NCBI GenBank assembly: GCA_963788585.1
Contig: CAWBHA010000006.1
Coordinates: 175,824-239,823 of the forward strand
Origin: an uncultured Acidimicrobiaceae bacterium
GTDB taxonomy: Bacteria; Actinomycetota; Acidimicrobiia; Acidimicrobiales; RAAP-2
DNA: 64,000 nt
Reading direction: 5' to 3'
In this document: one piece after another, positions 55,372-64,000 of the stretch
Position numbering within the stretch: the first letter of the stretch is position 1
Layout of the letters: each line of letters begins with the position of its first letter
Position numbers and translations under genes: made by a program
Notes under the pieces: model-generated
What the model was told of the DNA's origin: nothing
Seen by the model: only the letters and a program-made list of their open reading frames with translations
Databases searched by the model: none

Positions 55372-56120
55372 TCAGATTCCGAGGACGCCGGCCCACCAGC
55401 TGTAGAGCCGGTCGAAGAGCCATGTCAGCGGCCCGACGTGGCCGTTTCCCGTTAAGAAGAAGTTGAGGAGAACGAGGATCGAGCAGCGTAGGCATGGTGT
55501 ACTGGCGGTAGCGGAGGTAGGTCGGCCACCAGCGCGCCGGTATGAAACGCTCGACGACAGCCGAGCCGTCGAGTGGCGGCACGGGCACCAGGTTGAAGGC
55601 GCAGAGCGCGACGTTGACCCAGCCGGCCAAGAAGACGATCTGCGCCGCGGTCGACCACTGCGCGACCGTCGAAAGGCCGAACGGCAAGCCCGAGCGGGCG
55701 AAGTGCACGAAGACGAGTCCGAAGACTCGCAGCGAACACCGCGTTGATGGCGGGCCCGGCGAGCGCGACAAGCACGCCCTCGTTGCGCGGGCTCCGCAGG
55801 TTGGCGGTGTTGACCGGCACCGGCTTGGCCCACCCAATGACGCCGAAGGAGGTGAGCGAGAGCAACGCTGGCACGATCAGGGTACCGACCGGGTCGACGT
55901 GGGACACCGGGTTGAGCGTCAGTCGGCCGGCGCGTGCCGCTGTGTTGTCGCCGAACATCTTGGCCACCCACCCGTGCGAGATCTCGTGCAAGATGATCGA
56001 CGGCACGACGCAACAGAAGACGATGATGTCCTGCTCGGTGATGTTGTGGTGGACGACGAGCGCCACCACCAAGATCGCGATGGCGGCGATCCACAGGGTG
56101 CGCTTGGTCCGCTGATCCAT
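55372..56120 (-). pseudogene. M50 (site-2 protease) family metalloprotease, two frame changes
   Basis: ATG 56120: ..IILHEISHGWVAKMFGD (HExxH) ..AGPAINAVF | RVFGLVFVHF..NVALCAFNLVPVPPLDGS.. | LVLLNFFLTGNGHVGPLTWLFDRLYSWWAGVLGI*. Shifts near 55735 and 55480. Confidence 0.7.
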
Positions 56121-56156
56121 CGGGCGCCTCCCGGAGGAGGCACCGGGGGTGCGCAC

Positions 56157-56513
56157 CTAGTGCTTGGCGGCGTCGACGATGCAGAGGCGGGCCGCCGGCA
56201 TGGCCTCGAGCCGGGCCGCACCGATGGGCTTCCCACAGACCTCGCAGTTGCCGTAGGTGCCCTCCTGGAGCCGCTGGATGGCGGCCTCCACCTCGTCGAG
56301 GGCCTCCCGGAGCTCGGTCGCCAGCCGCTCCGCCTCGCCCCGCTCGGCCGTGACCTGGCTGGAGTCGGCGAAGTTCGAGTCGTAGTTGAGGCCACTCCCC
56401 TGGTCCGCGAAGCCCAGCTCCTTCAGCTGGGCCTGCAACCCGGCCTGCTCCTCGCGCAAGAGGGCGGAAAAGTCGGCGCTGGCGGTCTCCGCCGTGGGGG
56501 CCTCGTTCGGCAT
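56157..56513 (-). CDS. TraR/DksA-family C4 zinc-finger protein
   Basis: 118 aa: coiled-coil N-terminus, then GTYGNCEVCGKPIGAARLEAMPAARLC. Confidence 0.75.
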   Translation of the reverse strand: MPNEAPTAETASADFSALLREEQAGLQAQLKELGFADQGSGLNYDSNFADSSQVTAERGEAERLATELREALDEVEAAIQRLQEGTYGNCEVCGKPIGAARLEAMPAARLCIVDAAKH

Positions 56514-56517
56514 GGAG

Positions 56518-57478
56518 TCATGCTACGCGGTCCCTCCCCCCCTTTGTTCCCGCCCGCGGGTGGGCGCCCTCGTACGCCCGCCGCAGGTGCTCGGGCGACA
56601 CCTTGGTGTAGCGCTGTGTCGTGGCAACGGAGGCGTGGCCGAGAAGCTCTTGGACGACCCGGACGTCGGCGCCCCTGCTCAGCATGTGGGTGGCGCAGGA
56701 GTGGCGCAGGACGTGGGGGCTCACTTTGGCTTCCAGGCCGACTCGCGCCGCGTACCGCTTGACGACGCCGAAGACCCCGACGCGGGTGAGACGTCCCCCT
56801 CGGGCGTTGAGAAACACCGCCTCCGCGTCGCTGCGGCGCGCCCACTTCTTCGGGACGACCAGCGCGCGCCCCTTGCCCGACAGCCAGTCCGCCGAGCGCG
56901 GCGCGGGCCAGCCGGCCCAGCGGGACGACGCGCTCCTTGTCCCCCTTGCCCAGCACGCGCACCAGTGGCAGGCCCTCGGTCTCGACGGCGTCGCCGACGT
57001 CGCCCAGGTTGAGCCCGACCACCTCGCTGACGCGGGCGCCCGTGCCGTAGAGGACCTCGAGCAGCGCACGGTCACGCAGGACCATCGGACCCATTCCGAC
57101 CACGGCCCCGAGCAGGCGTTGCGTCTCCTCCTCGCTGAGCGCCTTCGGCAAGAGATCCGTGACCGACGTCGAGGGCAGGTCGAGCGCCGGGTCGTCGGTC
57201 CGCATCCCCTCCTCGACCAGAAAGCGGTGGAAGCCCCTGATGCTCGACTGCGCCCGGGCCACCGAAGCGGCGTTGTGCGTCGCCCGCAGGCCGGCCAAGT
57301 GCGCGGCCACCTCCGCGCCCGTGGCGGCGTCGATGGCGTGGCCGGCGGCGGCGCGCACGGTCGCGTCGTAGGCGGCAAGGTCGCGCCGGTACGCCGCGAG
57401 CGTGCGGGGCGAGCGTCCCCGCTCCACCTCGAGCCAGGACAGGAACTCCTCGGCCGGCCGGGGCAAGGCGCCCGTCAC
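56518..57478 (-). pseudogene. xerD: tyrosine recombinase XerD (one frame change)
   Basis: GTG 57478: ..FLSWLEVERGRSPRTLAAYRRDLAAY.., LLEVLYGTGARVSEVVGLNLGDV, GKGDKERVVPLG. After a shift near 56890: ..FLNARGGRLTR.., HVLRHSCATHMLSRGADVRVVQELLGHASVATTQRYTKV. Confidence 0.8.
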
Positions 57479-58033
57479 GGCAGCCGGCCCGTCCCGGCCA
57501 GGCGCTCGGCGCGCCAGGAAGAGCCCGAGCACCGTCGACTCGTCCTTGAGCGTCCCGTCGGCCACCAGGTCGTCGAGGTCGGCCAGACGGATCCGCTCGA
57601 CCGTCATGTACCCCTCCTCGATGCCGTCCGGCCGCGCCTCGGTGATGCTGAGCCCGGTGGCGAGAAAGATCATCGTCAGCTGGTCACTCCAGCCCGGCGT
57701 GTTCCAGGTGCCGATGAGGGGCTCCCAGTGCGCCGCCTCGAGCCCGGCCTCCTCGGCCAGTTCGCGCCGCGCCGTTTCCTCCGGCGTCTCGTCGGGCTTG
57801 TCGCGCGTCCCGGCCGGGATCTCGAGCACCATGGTGTCGACGGCCACGCGGTACTGGCGGACCACCGACACGGTGCCGTCCTCGTGCACGGGAACGACGG
57901 TGACGGCGCCGGGGTGGCGGACCACCACCCGTTCGAAGGCCGTGCCCGCCGGATCGAGGAGCTCGAGGCGCTCCACCCGGAAGAGCCAGGCCCGCAGGAG
58001 CTCCTCCTGCGCGACACGTCGGAAGCCCGGCAC
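57475..58033 (-). CDS. NUDIX hydrolase (ADP-ribose pyrophosphatase-like)
   Basis: N-terminal part of ORF 56423..58033: ..EIPAGTRDKPDETPEETARRELAEEAGL (Nudix box GX5EX7REUXEEXGU). No in-frame stop before xerD. A TGA in the adjacent frame overlaps the xerD GTG (GTGA at 57475-57478), so the 3' end is uncertain. Confidence 0.75.
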
Positions 58034-58040
58034 CGGCGCC

Positions 58041-59765
<1,725 letters not shown>

Positions 59766-61381
59766 CTACCCACCGTGCGTCGCGCCGAGCAGCTCGCGGG
59801 CGTGGGCGCGGGCGGCGTCGCTCCCCGGGTGGCCCGACAGCATCCGGGACAGCTCGGTCACACGCGCCTCGCCCTGCACCGCGGTGGCCGTCGTCACCGT
59901 GCGGCCGCCCGTCGACGCCTTCTCCACCATGACCTGCGCGTCGGCCTGCGAGGCGACCTGGGCCAGGTGAGTGACGACGAGCACCTGGCGCTGGCACGCC
60001 ACCTCGTGGAGCGCCTCACCGAGGGCGAGCGCCGCGGCGCCGCCGACGCCGGCGTCCACCTCGTCGAACACCATCGTCTGGGGCCCTCCGAGGTCCACGA
60101 GCCGGATCGCCAGCATGGCGCGGGCGAGCTCGCCGCCCGACGCGGCACGGGCCAGCGGCTGCACCGGCTCGCCCACGTTCGCCCCGAGGAGGAGCTCGAC
60201 GGGCTCGCCGGTCCCCTTGGGTGCCAGGCGCACCTCGACGCGGGCCCCCGCCATGGCCAGGGCGCCCAGCCGCTCGCCCACCTGCGCGCCGAACGCGCCC
60301 GCCGCCTTCGCGCGCACGCGGCGCACGGCCGCCTCGGCCTGGGCCAGCTCGGCGCGGCGCGCGTCCTGTTCGGCCTGGAGCCGCGCCGCCTCGCCCTCGG
60401 CGTCCTCGAGCACGGCGAGTCGCGCCGCGCCCCGCACGCCGAAGTCGGTGACGGCGGCCAGGTCCTCGCCGTACTTCCGTCGCAGGTCCGCCAGCAGGCG
60501 CCGTCGATCCTGGACCGCGGCCAGCCGGGCGGGGTCGTCCTCCCAGCCCTCGACCTCGTCGCGCAGGGAGCGGGCCACGTCGGAGAGCTCGACACCGGCC
60601 GCCGCGGACGCGCACGCGGTAGGGGTCGAAGGCCGCGCGCCCGGTGAGCGCACCCGCGGCGCGCGCCAACAGGTCGAGGGCACCCCCCTCGCCCGCCGAG
60701 GGATCGATCGACTCCGCCGCGTCGAGCGCGGCGGCGCGCGACGCCCCGGCGTCGGCCAGGCGATCCTCCTCGGCCAGCAAGGCCGCCTCCTCGCCGGGGT
60801 CCTCGAGGCGAGCCGCCGCGATCTCGGCCACCTGATACCGCAGGACGTCGGTCTCGCGGCGCGCGCTGCTGCGCGTCGCCCCCGAGCGCGGCCAGCCCGT
60901 CGTCCAGTGCGCGCAGCTGACTGCGCAGCGCGCGGACGCGGCTGAGATCGGTCCCGGCGAAGGCATCGAGCACGTCGCGCTGTGCGGAAGCGGTCACGAG
61001 CGCGCGGTGCTCGTGCTGGCCGTGGACCTCGACCAGGTCCGCCGCCGCCTCAGCGAGCGCGCCGACGGACGCCATGCGCCCGTCGACCCAGGCCCGCGTG
61101 CGCCCCTCCGCCGGCACCGAGCGGGCCAGGATGACCTCGACGGGATCCGCACCGCCGGACCCGGGAGCGGGGACCACGAAGCGCGCCTCGACGAGCGCCT
61201 CGACCGCGCCCGCGCGCACCATGCCGGGGCTGGCGCGTCCCCCGAGGACCAGCTGGAGCGCCTCGACGACGAGCGTCTTGCCGGCACCCGTCTCGCCGGT
61301 CAACGCGGTCATGCCCGGTCCGAAGGAGAGCGTGAGGTCCTCGATGACGCCGAGGTCCCGGACCCGCAGCTCGGTGAGCAC
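59766..61381 (-). pseudogene. recN: DNA repair protein RecN (two frame changes)
   Basis: Three consecutive frames. 61381 down to ~60880: MLTELRVRDLGVIEDL..LTGETGAGKT. ~60880 to ~60620: RETDVLRYQVAEIAAARLEDPGEE.. ~60620 to 59766: ..EDDPARLAAVQDRRRLLADLRRKYG..ASGGELARAMLAIRL..MVFDEVDAGVGG..VVTHLAQVA. Confidence 0.85.
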
Positions 61382-61388
61382 GGCGCGC

Positions 61389-62258
61389 TCAGATCTCCCG
61401 GTCCGCCAGCAGCCGGAAGCGGAGGATGCCGCCGAAGGTCTGGGGCGCGTGGCGCACCACGCGCACGGGTCGCTCCGCCACCTTGCAGGTCACGGTGGCT
61501 CCCGGCTGCAGCCGCCCCACCTCCGCGCCGTCGATGACCAGCACGCCGTTGCGGTCGGGGACGACCTCGACGCGCACCGCCTGCTCGTCGGTGAGGACGA
61601 GGCTGCGGTCGAGCGAGAAGTGCGGGGCCACCGGCGTCACCACGAGGGCGCGCAGCGTGGGCGCCAGGATGGGACCGCCGGCGGAGAGGTTGTAGGCGGT
61701 CGATCCGGTCGGGGTGGCGATGATGAGGCCGTCGGCCGAGTACGTGAGCGCCGTCTCGCCGTCCACGCTCGTGGCCAGCCGCACCGTGTGGCCGAAGTCG
61801 ATCTTCTCGATCACCACCTCGTTCAGGGCGAGCAGGGTCGAGACGCCATCAGGCAGGGAACGGTCCGCGATCACCACCTCGAGCGCGCAGCGCGCCTCGA
61901 CCGACGCCTTGCCCTCGAAGACCGCCGTCAGTGCCTCGCGCACCTGATCGGGCAGCAGGTCGGGCAGGTAGCCCAGGCGGCCGAAGTTGACGCCCAGGAC
62001 CGGCACGTCCGCGGCGGCGGCCAGGCGCACCACGCGCAGGAAGGTGCCGTCGCCGCCCATGCTGACCGCCACGGTGGTGCCGGCGAGGTCCACCGCGCCG
62101 AGGTCGGTCTCGGCCCCCGACTCGGTCACCCGGTCGGGGCCGCTGAAGCGCAAGATGCGCGCCACGTCGCCGCGTTCGGTCAGCCAGGCTGCGGTGTCGG
62201 TCGCCAGCGCCAGCGCGTCGGGACGCTGGGGGTGGACGAGGAAGGTGACGGTCGCCAT
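61389..62258 (-). CDS. nadK: NAD kinase
   Basis: 289 aa: VSMGGDGTFLR, NFGRLGYL, ATPTGSTAYNLSAGGPI. Confidence 0.9.
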   Translation of the reverse strand: MATVTFLVHPQRPDALALATDTAAWLTERGDVARILRFSGPDRVTESGAETDLGAVDLAGTTVAVSMGGDGTFLRVVRLAAAADVPVLGVNFGRLGYLPDLLPDQVREALTAVFEGKASVEARCALEVVIADRSLPDGVSTLLALNEVVIEKIDFGHTVRLATSVDGETALTYSADGLIIATPTGSTAYNLSAGGPILAPTLRALVVTPVAPHFSLDRSLVLTDEQAVRVEVVPDRNGVLVIDGAEVGRLQPGATVTCKVAERPVRVVRHAPQTFGGILRFRLLADREI

Positions 62259-62279
62259 CGTCGGCCTGGCGGCGCGGGC

Positions 62280-63164
62280 TCAGCCGGCCGGGTCGTCCGG
62301 CGGACGGACGGTTCCCGCCTCCGACACGGCGGCGGCGAACAGGGCGGCGGCCTCACCGGACGCGTCGGACGCGGCAGGCCCGGCGGACCGTCGGGCGGTG
62401 CCCTTGCGCGCGTGCACCAGGAACTCGACGTTGCCGGCGGCGCCGGTCAGGGGAGAGGCCATCGCCCCCATGATGCCGGTTTCGACGTCGGCGAGCGCGG
62501 ACGCCACACCCTCGAGCGCGCGCCCCCACAGCGCCGCGTCGCGCACCACGCCCCTGCCCCGCGACACGGCGGCCCGGCCGACCTCGAATTGCGGCTTGAC
62601 CAGGAGGATCAGGTCGGCGTCGGGAGCGGCCACGGTCCCGGTCAGCGCCGGGACGACGCTGCGCAGCGAGATGAACGAGAGATCCGCCACCACCAGGGGG
62701 CACGGCACGAAAGCGGGGTCGGCGGCGCGCAGCACCTCTGCGGTCAGGGTGCGTACGTTGGTGTGCTCGAGCACGGTGACGCGCCGGTCGGCGCGCACGA
62801 CGGGGTGCAGCTGCCCGTGGCCCACGTCGACCGCGTAGACGTGGGCGGCCCCGCGCTGGAGCAGGCAGTCGGTGAAGCCGCCGGTGGACGCCCCCGCATC
62901 GAGGGCGCGCCGGCCCGCGGTGGGCACGGCGAAGCGGTCAAGCGCCGCCGCGAGCTTGCGACCGCCGCGGCTGACGAAGGGGGACGGGGGGGCGAGGAGG
63001 ACGACCGGCTCGTCCTGCGCCACGAGGCGCGCCGCCTTCTCTGCCGGCGCGCCGGCGACGAGGACGCCGCCCGCGGCGATGGCCGCCTGGGCCTCCGCTC
63101 GGGTGGGGACGAGGCCACGGCGCACGAGCTCGCTGTCGAGCCGGCGGCGGGCCCCGGCGCTCAG
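62280..63164 (-). CDS. tlyA: TlyA-family rRNA 2'-O-methyltransferase (S4 plus FtsJ domains)
   Basis: C-terminal part of ORF 62280..63602: RRRLDSELVRRGLVPTRAEAQAAI.., SRGGRKL, LDAGASTGGFTDCLLQRGA, DVGHGQL, DLSFISL. No ATG or GTG lies just upstream of RRRLD. CTG 63164 overlaps the upstream stop. Start unresolved. Confidence 0.8.
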   Translation of the reverse strand: MSAGARRRLDSELVRRGLVPTRAEAQAAIAAGGVLVAGAPAEKAARLVAQDEPVVLLAPPSPFVSRGGRKLAAALDRFAVPTAGRRALDAGASTGGFTDCLLQRGAAHVYAVDVGHGQLHPVVRADRRVTVLEHTNVRTLTAEVLRAADPAFVPCPLVVADLSFISLRSVVPALTGTVAAPDADLILLVKPQFEVGRAAVSRGRGVVRDAALWGRALEGVASALADVETGIMGAMASPLTGAAGNVEFLVHARKGTARRSAGPAASDASGEAAALFAAAVSEAGTVRPPDDPAG

Positions 63165-63736
63165 CTGGCGGCCTTCTTGGCCGACTTGGTGGCCGGCTTC
63201 GTGGCGCCGACGGAGCGGCCTGCGGCCGCCTTCGGCGAGGAGCCCTTGCCGCCGCGGACCGGGCTGACCTTCTGGGCGGCGGCCCGCGCCCGGTCGGCTG
63301 CCGTGCCGGCTTGGGAGCGCACGCCCTGGGCGGTCTTGCCGGCCTGGGAGCGCACGTTCTGCGCCGTCTTCCCGGCCGTCTTCCCAGCCTGCTTCGTCAC
63401 CTTGCCCGCCTGCGAGGTGACGTCGCGGGTGGTCTTGCGGCCCGCCTGGGCGGACGTCTTGAGGATCTCGGCCACCTGACCGGCGAGATGCTCGAGCGAC
63501 GAACGGTCGAGCCGCTCCAGCTGGGACGCCACCTCGTGGCGCACCAGGTCCAGCACCTGCTCGCTGGTCCGGCGGCTGCGGTCGGTCAAGCTGTCCACCC
63601 ACTCCTGTGCCTGGCTGCGCTGGATGTCTCCCGCGTTCACCAACTCTCGCACGATCTCCTCGGCCCGGCCGCGGCTGACCTGTCCGAGGACCGTCCCCGC
63701 ATCGAGGTACTTGCGTATGCGCTCATTGCTAGCCAT
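63161..63736 (-). CDS. phasin-like / Lys-Ala-rich repeat protein
   Basis: 191 aa. Helical N-terminus (MASNERIRKYLDAGTVLGQVSRGRAEEIVRELV..) and a repetitive basic tail (SQAGKVTKQAGKTAGKTAQNVRSQAGKTAQGVRSQAG..KKAAS). The family assignment is tentative. Confidence 0.5.
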   Translation of the reverse strand: MASNERIRKYLDAGTVLGQVSRGRAEEIVRELVNAGDIQRSQAQEWVDSLTDRSRRTSEQVLDLVRHEVASQLERLDRSSLEHLAGQVAEILKTSAQAGRKTTRDVTSQAGKVTKQAGKTAGKTAQNVRSQAGKTAQGVRSQAGTAADRARAAAQKVSPVRGGKGSSPKAAAGRSVGATKPATKSAKKAAS

Positions 63737-63744
63737 TGCACAAG

Positions 63745-63778
63745 AGTATACAAAGTGCTAGCTGCTAGCAAGCACTTT
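63745..63778 (-). promoter_or_regulatory. AT-rich promoter-like region with palindrome upstream of the phasin-like gene
   Basis: On the minus strand, TATACT lies 8 nt before the ATG (complement of 63745-63750) and TTGCTA lies 15 nt upstream of it. Palindrome AAAGTGCT..AGCACTTT at 63752-63778. The spacing is short, so this is weak. Confidence 0.3.
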
Positions 63779-64000
63779 TTCCGGGTGTGTTCCCGGTCGT
63801 GTGGTCGGGCTATCTCGATCCCTGCGGCACCTCCACGGGCAGCGCGCAAGAACAGCGTCCTTGTGTGCCAGCACCCGGACGAACGGCGCCGAACCCTACT
63901 TCCGGTCGAGGGTTTCTCCCACGAGCGTGACGAGGTCCCTGGCCTGGGCCGCCGCATCGGTTCCCGCCGGGACCGCTCCCGCCGGGGTCACCCCCGACAG

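Noticed and set aside
63752-63785. Palindrome AAAGTGCT..AGCACTTT followed by TTTTT as a plus-strand intrinsic terminator.
   Set aside because: No plus-strand gene ends upstream of it; the preceding DNA is the start of a minus-strand gene. I interpret it as a promoter or operator region instead, at low confidence.

Overview
High-GC, Actinomycetota-like chromosomal window. The phylum is an inference from gene content and order: cmk-der, scpA-scpB, xerD-nudix-pyrG-recN-nadK-tlyA, WhiB-family genes. Two conserved housekeeping blocks flank a visibly more AT-rich, ORF-poor accessory mosaic at about 11.4-38.8 kb. The left block (1-11.2 kb) holds partial gltB, thiO-thiS, a patatin-like lipase, corA, an FAD oxidoreductase, a haloalkane-dehalogenase-like hydrolase, pspA, an SCP2-PhyH dioxygenase and usp. 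The right block (about 38.8-64 kb) holds an esterase, a phosphoesterase, a gamma-CA-like protein, der, a PDZ/DUF512 protein, ispH, an HD protein, a GT2, plsC, an aroA-cmk fusion, tyrA, aroH, rluB, scpB, scpA, trpS, an M50 protease, a dksA-like gene, xerD, nudix, pyrG, recN, nadK and tlyA. The mosaic contains a tRNA-Pro(GGG) next to a tyrosine integrase, a nest of degraded IS30/IS3/IS110/IS481 fragments and a second IS110 remnant. It also carries secreted Ig-like/beta-helix proteins (several frame-disrupted), c-di-GMP-related genes (PilZ, GAF-GGDEF), transporters and small orphan genes. The most unusual pattern is a divergent cassette, a WhiB-like gene facing a ~100-aa Trp/Cys/His-rich ORF. It occurs four times in different states of decay, and two copies share a 248-bp perfectly identical core that brackets the integrase-tRNA segment. 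I saw no CRISPR array, no rRNA, and no complete recognisable defence or biosynthetic system. Many conserved genes (recN, xerD, nudix, M50 protease, phosphoesterase, GGDEF) need small frame corrections, so assembly indel errors are a serious possibility and all pseudogene calls are provisional. Everything here comes from reading the ORF translations and the sequence by eye; no database search was run.
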